Origin: Vicugna vicugna
Lineage: Eukaryota
Direction: 5' to 3'
Length of the DNA stretch: 58,361 bases
Assembly: GCA_013265495.1 (NCBI GenBank)
Contig: MU058065.1
Location: 9,279,819 to 9,338,179 of the forward strand
The notes under the pieces were generated by a model that saw only the letters and a list, made by a program, of their open reading frames with translations, did not search any database and was not told the DNA's origin. The position numbers were made by a program, and so were the translations under genes. Numbering within the stretch: the stretch's first letter is position 1; every line of letters starts with the position of its first letter. Of this stretch, positions 1 to 11,860 are shown one piece after another.

Positions 1-107
1 GAGAATTTGATTCCATTTCGTTCAGGCCATTAAAAGGTCTCTGAGAGATCAAATCAATTCTAGCAGCCTCCAAAGGGTTCTCATTCTTGGTTGACCATCC
101 CTGCCCC

Positions 108-148
108 TACACACACACACACACCACAACACACACACACACACACAC
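108..148. repeat. interrupted (CA)n microsatellite
   Basis: acacacacacacacaccacaacacacacacacacacacac is directly visible. Confidence 0.9.
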
Positions 149-2486
149 CCCACTTTGTCCCTTGTGTCTGTCCTGAGCAGGATTTTCCAGAGAACTTTGT
201 ATAGCCATGTATCTGGAGTTTGAGATTTGGCTGCAGTTAGGTCCATAATCACTGGAATAAGCAAAATAGCCTGGACTTTTAATATTTCTTGTCAATTTAC
301 CTAAAAGAAAACTTATTTTCATCTAAAATATGCGTATATTTGTGTTTGTGTGCATATATGTGTACATGTGTGCTCCATTATTTGGAACAGTTATTTTGTC
401 TGTAAATGCCTTCTAGTCTTCTAATAATATAATGTGTAGAAAGACCAGAAATTTATGTCAAGGAAGAAGAATGTACATAATACACGTGAGAGGGTAGTTG
501 AGGATGGGGAGCAGAGAATGCTGCTGAGAGAGCAGGGTGTCGAGAAAGAAAGCCTGGAGGTGAGTTGTGTCAGAGGCCAAACTATATGGTGGAATGCATG
601 GTCCATTCAGGAGAGTTGGCCCACAGTTGGAGACCAGACAGCAGAGGATGTCAGGAACTGGGAGGGCAGCCTCACCTGAACTTGAAAGCCAGAGAGCCTA
701 GGAACAGAGTATCCCAAAGTCACAGAAGAAGAGTTCCAGTTTGGACTGGTGGGTAGAGGGAAATGTAGCACTTAGAAGTCAGGTGAAATTTAATAGTATA
801 TAAACTCTTTGTGCATGATTGAGGCCAGGTTGGCCTGATTGAGCAACAGGAGTGTGAACGTACGGTTCACCAGCCTTTAGGTAGTTATGCCCTTAGAACA
901 ATGGAGGATGTGTCACGGGACCATGGATGCCCTTCGGAGGAAGGATATTGCCAAGATGAAATGACTGACGTTCTCAGTTACAGTCTTTAAAAGCAGACAG
1001 CAGAAACCAGCCATCGCAGACCCCCAGGATCTATTTAGACCCATTTTCATAATCCAGAAAGCAAACTGGAGGGATACTTTAACCACTGAAGAAATACCCA
1101 CCCTCCCATCACAGTTCTCAGGGCTCCATGAGATCTTCTGCTTCCCCTGCACCATGTTTGCTAGTACTCCCATGAGAACTTGATGGGACCTGCGTAGATT
1201 CTTGGTGCTCAGTGGCTTCTCTTATTAGTCGATGCTTTTGTGGTGTTCATAGGCTTTGAAGCACATGTTAGGCAATGCGCCCAAAGTCGCATTCAAGTTG
1301 TTCATTTATTATTTCTTCAGTGGTGGGAAATGGGGCTGGGAGCCACCTGCAGGTCTCCCCATGAGGAATGGCAGCACTGAGATGTGTCGCCTCACCCCTA
1401 TAGGTAGGGGTACCGCCACTCAACCTGGCGAAGGTACTCCTACCCTTGGACAGTCGCCCCAGGGCAAAGTCTTGCAAGAAGGCAAGATCTGACTGCCTAG
1501 ACGTGGGTTCCTGTGTCACTCTGTTGTCATTTAATAGTTGAATATTTCCCAGATCCTGACTATGGAACATTAGAACTAGGATATTCAATGAGAAACAGAT
1601 TCTGTGGCAAATAAATTTGGGAAATGCTGCTTTCTAGATCTTTTCTCCATGCTCCTCTAAGAAACCATTTAATAAGGGAACCTATTTCATGTCCTCTAAC
1701 TCACTGTGGCCCCAAATTCATTTAGCTTTGGACTTTATTTCCCCTAAACATCTATTGTCATTCCTTGGGATTCACTATTAAAAGGATCAGGTTTTAGGAA
1801 GCAGATGCTGAGAGGAGACGTACTGATAGCGGAAGGAGAAATCCAGCAAAACCGAATTTGTCCCACCTTACCAGTGTGAGCTGAGAACCCCTCGTGTGCC
1901 TCAGGTGGCCTGGTTCTTTTAGCAACATGCTTTCTACTAGCAGAGCCTAAGGAAGCAACCAGGACGTGACTTGGAAGGTCTGTATTTCTTGTATTCACAT
2001 CCTTAGATTAGTTTCTTAGTTTTTTTAATCAGGTTGCAGAGTAATTAATTTAATCTGATCGTAAGCGGGCCAGTTCGATTTAGAAAATATTTTTGAGGAC
2101 ACACAGTTCTTTCAAATCTTAAAAACACATTTGGTAAAGACACTCAGGGTATCAAGATCCTTTTGACTTGAATCGTCTGTGAATAATGTAGTGACTGTGC
2201 ATGAACGATTGCTTTAGGAAGGTAGTTCTCCTGAGAGTTTGCTGACTATGTTTGCTCATCCAGCCCAGTGATAACCTTTAAGCGCAGTTCCTAGGATACC
2301 TGAGTTAGTTGGCTTGTCTGAACAGAAAGCACTGAATATTTCAAAAGGTATCCAAAACATTGTTTGCTCCCAGGAGAAAAGGCATTTGAGAAACACTGTG
2401 GCCTTCTCCCCCTAAATCTCTTCCCCCAAAATTAAAGACAAAAAAATTCTGCTTAACTTACTTGTATGACTTGTTTTCACCCACAG

Positions 2487-2591
2487 AGGCCAGCAAGCTT
2501 GTTATGTCCTATGTAGCAGCTGTGTGCGGAAAAGGAGCAGAAGTGAATCAAGTCAAAGAACAGCTTTTACAGTCCAACCCAGTCCTGGAAG
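2487..2591 (+). CDS. MYO1B: MYO1B exon (~exon 5), 105 nt
   Basis: ccacag|AGGCCAGC...CTGGAAG|gtagga; (E)ASKLVMSYVAAVCGKGAEVNQVKEQLLQSNPVLE. Confidence 0.95.
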
Positions 2592-3072
2592 GTAGGATTT
2601 GCTGTGTACATTGATCAGTGTGATTTGAATGGTGGGTTCAGTTTTCAGGGCCCTTTGGGTACCAGGTGTGCTGGGAGGAGGGAGGAGGAGAGTCAGGTCC
2701 AGACCTGCCCAGCCAGTTAGCGGCTCTTGGCTCTGCATGCCTGGAGGAGGGAAGAGTCTACTCATGCAAAGGGAGCCTCCCACTTGCAATCACTTTTTTC
2801 CCCTTCAATTTTTAGTTGAATTACTTATGTGTTACTTAATAATAATCAGCTGATAATTTGCATTTGACTTGACGGCTGGGAAAACTTAGTGGAAAAGAGC
2901 TGTGTAACGTGCAGTGCTGTTCTGTCTGTCATTCAGGATAATACCTGTGGCTGGTTGTTTCTGTTGTCAGGGAAACCAAGACTATGCCAGAGAAATGTTT
3001 GAGGACCAGTTTTTTCAGGGTTACAGAAAGCCTAAACGTGACTGTGGAGCTCAACTTCTGTGGTTGGCCGCT

Positions 3073-3419
3073 GTGTTTGTCAGCTTGGGCTGCCGTAACA
3101 AAATACCATAAACTGGGTGGCTTAAACAACAGAAATTAATTTTCTTACACTTGTGGAGGCTCAGAGTCTGAGATCTCCTGCCGGTTTGGTAGGTTTCCTT
3201 CTGAGGCCTCTTGGCATGTAGGCAGCTGTCATTTAGCTGTGTGCTCACGTGACCATGAGCATGTGTGTGGAAGGGGGAGGCGGGTGATGGGTGGGAGCCA
3301 ACTGGCTCATGGCCTCATCTGATTACCTCTCAAAGGCCCCACCTTTAAATACCATTACATTGGGAGTTAGGGCTTTAATATATGCATTTGGTAGGGATAC
3401 AGACATTCAGTTCATAATA
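3073..3419 (-). mobile_element. ERVL-MaLR solo LTR, MLT1A-like
   Basis: gggctgccgtaacaaaataccataaactgggtggcttaaacaacagaaatt...cctctcaaaggccccacc...cattcagttcata resembles the recalled MLT1A consensus in reverse. Confidence 0.8.
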
Positions 3420-3604
3420 TCATCAGAAAACAAAGCCAGAGATAAGTCTTATTGCCATGGAGGTTGTCATAAACCATCAGTATAAGCCGTCCTTATGTTG
3501 CAAACAGTTAATCAAAGCCTTTCCCTGTTGATGGAAAGCCCTCTGCATTGCTTTGTATTGTAAGCATGTCTTTCATTGTCATTTAACGCAGTTGTTGGGG
3601 TAGC

Positions 3605-3815
3605 GTGCATTTCTCAGTCTTGGTGCTGTTGATATTTTGAACTGGATCAGTCTTTGCTGCGGGAGGCTGTCCTGTAGGGTGTTTAGCTGCGTCTCTGGCC
3701 TCTGCCCACTGGGCACCAGTCGCTACGCTGCCTCTAGTTGTTACCATTGAAAATGTCCCCAGACAATGCCAAATGTCCCCTGGGGGGGTCAGGACTGCCC
3801 CCTAATCGGAATCTC
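3605..3815. mobile_element. MER20 (hAT-Charlie) DNA transposon relic
   Basis: ggaggctgtcctgtagggtgtttagc...tggcctctgcccact...aaatgtccccagacaatgccaaatgtcccctgggg. Confidence 0.8.
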
Positions 3816-5339
3816 CAGTCTGGAAGAGTAGTTTGGTTCACGCCTTTGTTCAAAGTCATGGAAGGTCAAAATTTCACATGGATTAAAGCAGAGCTGCTTT
3901 GGGGTGGGAGGGGACCCCCAGTATAGAGGGACAGAACCCTGCCCGTTACCTTTGTGACTCAGGCCTAGCCCCTCCTTCCACTTTACAACCAGGAGATAGC
4001 ATTTATCTTTATCTCCTGGACAGTGGAACAAGATTCATGAAAATACTTCGCTTTTGAGAAGCGAAGGCTGAAACACCTATCATATTGTTATTGATCCTTC
4101 TTCTCCTTCAGTACCTTAACTGGTAGGGAAAGTGCTGTATCTTCTTCATCTTGTTATTCCAGTATTTGACTTTCTGTTTAGTGTCTTTTGCTTGTGTTAG
4201 GATGCTGTACATGTGTTGTTCTGTAGATGTTTATTTGAAGAATGCGGTGATCTAAAGGAGGAACACTGGAATGCTATAGCTTGCATCTGTGATTAGAATC
4301 TGGTCCTTTTTTCGATGGTATTTGAAACTAGGCCCCGGTGCAGGAAATGAAAGAAATGTCTACTGTAGGCATGTATTATCTTTTATGGGAATGCTTACTT
4401 TTTAACTGGAGCTGCTACTGTAAATGAACATTCAGAACAATCAACTTAAAAAAACAATTGAGGCATGTGTCTCAAGTCTTCTATAATGGAACGCTTGTTT
4501 TTGATTCTGTGGTTCACAATAAAAGACTTCAGTGTTTAGAGCTGCGTTGAGTAATGTGCAACTCAGACTTGTTTGATGAAAAGATGGTTTATGGCTTGCA
4601 AATGGCACCCTGAATAAAGTTTTTTTGAAGCAATTCCTTCACTTGCCCTTGACCTTCAAGCCACAATAAACTCTCCTTTATGTATCAGCATCTCAAGCTG
4701 GACTCTGGGGCTGTGCAAATTAGTTAACTTGGCAGCCCTGCATGTTCACACCCACCACAAAGAACTAGCCTGTGAAAACACAAAAAATGTCATGGTCTTC
4801 GTGATGACTAGGTCAACACTCAGCCTTATCAAGGCTGCTTTAGCTGGTGGTGGATGGAGGATAAGGCTATGAACCTCTTCAGGAAGCATCCTTTTCTGAG
4901 TGTTTCCCGTGTGCAGGTTTCCTCACTCAGTGTAACATCTCAGCTTATTTTCTGTTAAAGAGAGAGTTTGGTGTCAGGGATGTACCAAACCGTATCCTTT
5001 CCAAGTGGAATCTGAATCAAAGAACTTTCCCGGTATTGACGCTGTTAATTTTGTCTTAACTGAGCAGGAACCTTTTTTTTTTTATAAGACAATCAAAAAT
5101 ATAAAAATACCAGCTAATGTGAATAACGCAGCAGGTTTGGCTACTGAATATCCAAAGAGAGCCTCCCACACCTTGATCAGGTGATTGCTTTCAAAACTTG
5201 GACCAGCTTTTGGCCATTAGTAATCATTTGCGCTCTTATTACTCTAATCTTCGTCCTTCCATTTAATTTAATGAAGCTGTGGAGGCTTCCAGAGACTTAA
5301 TGCCTGGACTTTTTGTCTAAAGATTGATTTCTGCTTGCC

Positions 5340-5532
5340 ACATCACCACTCTTCAGTCCTTGCTGGCTACATTGTGGCCCGTGGGTCCCAGTGATAACCT
5401 CAGGGAGGGGCGGGAGGGAGGGTATTGGTAGAAATGAAAATTCATGCCCATCCGTAGACTCACTGAACCAAAGTCTGCACTTGAGCAAGATCCTCAGGTG
5501 ATTGGTTTACACATTGAAGTGTGAGGTGTGCT
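5340..5532. mobile_element. MER5A-like hAT fragment
   Basis: gtctgcacttgagcaagatcctcaggtgattggtttacacattgaagtgtgag. Confidence 0.5.
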
Positions 5533-6442
5533 TCTGGGCTTCAGAACATGAAACAGGGATCCCCTCTGCTTATATGACTTACATTTATTCCACTTAATTC
5601 TGCTACCTGGTCCAGATTAATGCACAAGCTTGATGACACAGCCCTTTCACCTTATGACACTGAACTACCTGTGACAGGAGCATCCTGTGCCTAGGGCAGT
5701 GTCATCCCTGTGATTCTTATGTGCTCTCCTTTAAAAGGAAGTCCTATGGGGGACTCTGGCTCCTCGAAGCAGCTAAGATTGGGACAAACTTGGATTTTGC
5801 GTTGTAGGTTGATTTGTTTTGTTTTTTTTTCTGGGAAGTTTCACTTAGGTCTGATGGACTTAAACTAATGAAACTATGTAGCATTTTTAGTCTATTGGAA
5901 ATGACATTCGTTTCCAAATCTCTTACTCTTTCTGTATTTTAGAGTTATGTATTTATATAGCTTTATTTCAGAGTTAATTGAACAATTTAAAGTTTCTCAT
6001 GCCTTTTTCCATCTGGAAATCTCATTGATTGAGTTTCATAAAGCCTTTGATAATACTAAGTAGTTATCTCTGAAATAACCTTATTCACTGGTAATCATGG
6101 CAGAAGAGCTCGGAAGCCTTGCTTGCTAGCCACTCAGCTGACTACTGTCAGAACAGTTAAAAGATGTTGAATTAGACAAGTTTAAATTTAGAGTGGTACT
6201 TGAAAAACTTCCGTGAATCCTAGGAACGACTCTTTCTATGAACTTAAAAGAAGACACAGAAGCTTTAGCAACTTACCAAGGCATGAGTTAAGAAGCTTCT
6301 GTGGACATTCTGGACAGACATGTCATTGCTGAAGGTTGCATTTCTAGGATTTATAGATGTCGAATATTACATTTGTTTTATCTTTCGGGTTGAAATTATT
6401 TTTCTGTCATGTTTGACCACACATCTGTTTCTTTCCTGCCAG

Positions 6443-6489
6443 CTTTTGGAAATGCCAAGACTGTAAGGAACGACAACTCCTCTAGATTT
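6443..6489 (+). CDS. MYO1B: MYO1B exon (~exon 6), 47 nt, switch I
   Basis: tgccag|CTTTTGGA...AGATTT|gtaagt; (A)FGNAKTVRNDNSSRF. Confidence 0.95.
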
Positions 6490-8104
6490 GTAAGTATTTC
6501 TACAGAAGCATAAGTATTAACACTAATATTTAGCTCATGTATGTTTAACAACCAATAGATGTTTAATATTTCTTAATATACATGTTTAAAAAATAAGAAA
6601 CACCATCACTATTGAGAAACTGAAAGTTCTGTAAGGACTTTTTTCTTTTGCTTTCTGAAATTTTCCCTATTCTTCTTGGAGTGAAAAGCTATTTCTTCAT
6701 GTTTTCTTGTCATCTATCATAAAATTCCATGAGCAATGTAAATGAGGCTATTTAAAATATCTTTTTACTAATGTGAGTTTTGGTATTTAGGAATCATAAT
6801 TAAGAGTCAGAAATTAAGTAGAAAGAAGGATAAACTAGATGTCACATTTGTATGCTCTCTAGCTCTTGTCCTTTCTTCAGTGGGGCGAGAAAGGATGGAG
6901 ATGTAGCCTAAAACTTTATAGAGGTAAAATCAGTAAGTTTGGCAACTAATGGGGGCTGGGAGGAGGGTTGCATAGTGAAAACCAAAGCTAATTGATGTTT
7001 TGAGTTTGGTTGAACTAGAAAATGCTGATTCCACTAACGGAGACCTTTCCAGCCTCATGTCCCATCACTCCCCAGCAGGCCCTCTGCAGGTCAGCCCCTG
7101 GGATCTCTCCAGTTGGGCTGCCTTCTTTCCTGCCTCTGGTCTTTACACACACTGCCTGGAGGCAGCTGGGGGAAATATGTTGAGTGTGTTGGGGCGTTTT
7201 GAAATTGACTCCTTTTTTCTGTAGTTTAACCAGTTTTATAAATTTTATAATCAAAGCTCATTTACTTTCTAAGCTGTCTTCTCACATACATGACTGGGGA
7301 CCATTGTTGGTGATCCTCTGTGCCTCCCTGCCAAAGGCTTTTCCTGCCCCCCAGCCCCCAGCTTTTAGCCCCCTTTTTGCTTTTTCTCATTAGAGTTACT
7401 CAGTACTTAAGGCACAAGAATGACCTCAGGTGGAGATAGTTTTGATAGCTTGGCATGTGGAAGGCCAAGGTTCCTAATTCCAAGGCGATAAATTTTTTCC
7501 ATTGGATTAGCCCCCTAAGTTGTTAAAGCTGATTTGAGCCCTGCCTTTTCCTGTTGTGGTAACGTGGCTAATCTCATTACATAAATCAAATTAGAAGCAA
7601 AGTGTGGGCAGATAGAGGTAATTCTAGTAGATCAAGCTTCTTTATGGGATGAGGTGGGTTTTTTGTTTTTGGATTTGCAGATCACACACACACTTTAAAA
7701 AATTTGCAAATATATTTAGTCTATAGACCATAAGAATGCAGAAAACCATATTGCTTAAGGACTCATTAGTACTTAATGATACTGGAAAATCTAGTGAAAG
7801 GCTTGGCAGGTGGTTTGACTTGGTAAGTAACTTTCGAGAAATTCTATTATAACGTGGGTATTAGGATATGAGATTAATACTTGATTATAGGCTAAAGCAT
7901 TTCATGCCCAGTTTTTGTAATTTCTCTGCTTTGTGGGCTGTGATTTTGACCAGTAATATACTCAAGTCCATGATGTAGCATTATAGTTGGACTCTACTGT
8001 ATTTAAAGTTACTACTGTATACAACAGTGGTTTATGACTCCAGGGGAGATTATATTTCCTTCAGCTATGTTTGACTCGTTAACCCAGGATAAAGATAAAC
8101 ATTC

Positions 8105-8228
8105 TTTTTTGGGGGGGGCAATTAGGTTTATTTATTTATTTATTTATTCTTGAAGTAGGTACTGGGGATTGAACCCAGGACCTCGTGCATGCTAAGCATG
8201 CACTCTACCACTGAGCTATACCCTCCCC
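8105..8228 (-). mobile_element. camelid tRNA-derived SINE (Vic-1-like)
   Basis: Reverse complement reads ggggagggtatagctcagtggtagagtgcatgcttagcatgcacgaggtcctgggttcaatccccagtacc followed by (taaa)n, cctaattg and an A tail. Approximate TSD ccaggataaac/ttctt. Confidence 0.9.
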
Positions 8229-8689
8229 CCAGGATAAACTTCTTGATCTCTTTGCTGAGAAATCTGGTAGACCTTGCAGTGGTCTAGGTAAGCATTTCAT
8301 TGTAGATGGTGGTGTGGGCCAGTGTCCCCATGGAGGTGCCTCCATTTCTCCTGCCGCCAGCACTCTAATTTGACATATTGAGCTTCTATTAAAAAAGGAA
8401 CTCACTGTTTTGGTTGGAGGAGGGGACTTTTAAGGCTTTTGAAAATCACTTTTCTTGACTAAGGCTCTTGGACGGGATTTTGTTGAGCATCTGCTGTGCA
8501 CAGTGCCGAGAGAGGCCCTGGAGGACGCAAGAGAGAGCACCTGTAGGGTTAGGAGACTCTCATTACCACACCTCTCATTCAGTAAGAATGGAAAAGAATG
8601 TAGACAGTTTATTCACCGATTTGAAAACTCTATTGTTGAAACATAGTTAAACTTAGGTCTCCTGGTGTGTCCTCTTGCAGCCCACAGCC

Positions 8690-10710
8690 CTTTCCCCACG
8701 AGTCGCCGGAGTGATCTTTACAAACTGCCATCCCCTGCCGGCTGACAGCCTCAGTGGTCCCCCTTGCACCTGGAATACAGTCCAGGCTCCCCGAGCCTCC
8801 CTGCATGAGCTTCCAGCCTGCCCTCGCCCGGCTCACTGGGCTGCAGCCACACAAGCCTTTGTGACTGTCCAGCGTCCTGAGTAATCCCGGGCTTAGGCCT
8901 TTGCTGTTGCTGGTCCTTCTGCATAATGTGCCCCATCCCCAGATCTTTGCGTGGCTGGCGATGCATCATTTAGAGCTCACCTCACATGTCACTTCCATGA
9001 TGCCTTTCGTCAGCTCTGCGACTTCATCCTGTCTCCACTTTTTAGGCATTCATCAGCCTCTGGAGTTACGGGGCTCTCCTGCATGGTTTGCATCGTCATT
9101 GCCCCTAGACAGTAGGCACCGTGAAAAGGAGCTTCCCAGCCTCTTATTCCCTGAGGTGGCCCCGGGAGCTGGAGCAGGCCTGGCGCCATCGTGGACACTT
9201 AGAAAACTTCTTGATGAGCAATTACCTATTTTTAAGGAGCTTATAGACTAGTCAGGAAAAATGGGCATGCCTAAAAATAATTATAACACAACACGTAAAC
9301 TGATAAGTTCTCCATGAGAAGTCGAGACGATGTGTGATGGAAGTTCAGAAGAGAGAAGCTGGAGGTGTCTGGGGCAGGACATTGGTCCCGAGTGGGCCTG
9401 TGAGACTTAAGGAGCCAAAATCAGGTGGCGAGCAGGAGGAGCTGGCAGGACAGCATGAGGAGGCCGAGGGGAGAAGCCAGCGTGGACCTGCATTTGCCAG
9501 GCTTCATGGCTAGACTGGAGGGTCTGTGAATGGAGCCGGGGGCCAAAGGGCTGGAGAGATGAGTCTGGGCCCCAACTGAAGGGCCTGGAGTAGCAGGTTC
9601 AGGGTCTCAGACTTTGTTTTGTGGGCAGTGAGGGGCCACTGGTTATTTCTGAGTAGGCTAGTGACAGAACCAAGCCTTTGGGGAGTCATTAGGATGAGTG
9701 TCAACCGAGTCCCCAGTTCTCCTTTTCCCTTTTTGAATAGCGTGTATTCGACTCTCTCCAGACGTCCTGTCCTCTTCTCTCAGCTGATGCCATTACACCC
9801 ACTTCACAGAAATCAGCATTCTCCAAGCCCTCAAACCCAGCTACCCTACGTCTTGGCACCTCACTGGTCCCTCTGTCAGTATGTACACTCTGGACTCAGG
9901 GTGATCCCACCTGTGCTGTAGATCCTGTCGCAGGGACCTCCTACGTCCAGGGACCAGCTTCCATTAAAAGCGTCCCCTCTCGTATGGTCACCCTCTGATT
10001 CTCGTTAAGTTACTCCTTCTTTCTCCTCCATAGCTGCTTGGCCTCCAGCATCCCCTCCTATCGTGGAGAGAGCATCACTGTCCACTCAGTTGCTTGCCAC
10101 AAACCCGGCCTTGTAAAGTCTTGACCCTCCTCCTTTCTTACCTCCTGTGTCCAGCCACAGCCCGTCATTGTGACTCTCGGCACAGCTCTCAGCTCTGCTT
10201 ACTTGTCTCTTCTGCTACTCTTGCTGAGAGCCACCAACATTTCTCTCCTAATTGCTGCCACCTCTGTTGGCTACATCAGATAGATCCTTTCCAGTCCATT
10301 CAACACTAGCCAGAGTGATCCTGTGAAGACGCAAGTGTGATCGTGGCTTCCTTGCTGAGGGACCTTTAATGAAACAGCTTTGCTGTCAGGGGAGAAAAGT
10401 GATGTCATGATGGGCTCCGAATTCCCTGACCATCCTCGTGGGTGCCTGCTCCTTCCTCCTTGCCTGCCTGACATCTCCTGACACTTTCTTTGCATTTAAG
10501 CTAGGGCAGACTTACGGCTCCCCCCACCCCCAGTCCCTTCTTTTTTGTGCACAGCCCCATGACCCTCTGTAGGAGGCATCACGTACACCGTTATGTCCTA
10601 TTTATGTCTCAGTTCTCCCCAGACTGTAAGTTCCTTGAGGGCAGGAGCTGTGCTTTGCTTTCCCTTGGGCCTACGTTAGTATCCAGGAAATGCTTGATAG
10701 ACAGTTGTTT
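8690..10710. mobile_element. cluster of degraded L2 fragments
   Basis: L2-like phrases: gccagagtgatcct, agactgtaagttccttgagggcagg, tttgttttgtgggcagtgaggggccactgg; boundaries rough. Confidence 0.55.
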
Positions 10711-11361
10711 ACTGAGTAAGTGAAGACTTAAAAAGGTCAGATGACCCAGGACAATGAAGACGTTAATAAAAAGTTGCAAATTGCACTCTTGTTTGTGTGC
10801 CATGTGATTGTGCTGCTTCTCCCTCACCAGTATTTTGCAAACGGAAAGAATTAAAGTAATTCTCTGGGAGAATTATTGATGTGACTAAAGCAGAACTGGA
10901 AACAAAATCAAAAAATACTTACTAGATCAACACACCCTTTTCCAAACAAAAAACAGCTGTCAGGTTTGCTCTGTTACACTTGTTACTCTTTAACTAGACA
11001 GTGATGGACCAGTTCTCTAAAAAAGCACAGTATGAGACTGTGTGTGTTTCTGTGTGTATAAGATAACATTTATGAAGTGTGATATGAACATGGGTTATGT
11101 ATTGCTGTATAGTCTAGATCAAAAGTCAAAGAGAGTAATGATGATCAGCCTTTGATTCTGAGTTGGTCACACCACGTAATCATGCATTTGATTTGAGTAG
11201 ATAGGAAGAACAGAATTTGATGTATTCTATTTAATCCACTGCCCAGTATGTTTAGAATTTCTAGCCACGGTTTTAAACATACTTAGTCTATGAAAATGAA
11301 ATAATTTATATTCCAAGCTAGTGCGTATGCAAGAAATACTTATTTTTCTGGCTTTTCATTC

Positions 11362-11484
11362 TTTTTTTGGCAGGGGTTGTGGGGGGAGGTAATTAGGTTT
11401 AATTTTTTTAAAGGAGGTACTGGGGGTTGAACCCAGGACCTCGTGCACGCTAAGCATGTGCTCCACAGAGGGATACCCTCCCCC
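11362..11484 (-). mobile_element. camelid tRNA-derived SINE (Vic-1-like)
   Basis: ggaggtaattaggttt...ggaggtactgggggttgaacccaggacctcgtgcacgctaagcatg...ataccctcccc; degenerate TSD tttctggcttttcattc / tttctggttgttattc. Confidence 0.9.
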
Positions 11485-11796
11485 TTTCTGGTTGTTATTC
11501 TTGAATTGAATACACACACCCTTGAGAGTCTTGAAACACATCTAAAATGGAAAAGTTGCATGATGGCTGGGAAGAGCTATTCTTGAATGAGCAACGGGAT
11601 ATGTTCACTTCAAGCTAAGGGGGTATTTAGTATGAATTATTTAGGGAGGCATTTTGTTTTGAGTCATGATTACTTGAAGTATGTCTTTCTTAATCACATT
11701 TAAACACATGTGTAACGGGTTTAAATGCTTTCAAAAGATAAACTGACTGATTATTTTGAGGTGCACTTGGAAACTCACAAAATCTTTCTTTGGCAG

Positions 11797-11860
11797 GGCA
11801 AATATATGGATATTGAATTTGATTTTAAAGGCGATCCGCTAGGAGGAGTGATAAGTAACT
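11797..11860 (+). CDS. MYO1B: MYO1B exon (~exon 7), 64 nt
   Basis: tggcag|GGCAAATAT...AGTAACT|gtgagt; GKYMDIEFDFKGDPLGGVISN. Confidence 0.95.
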
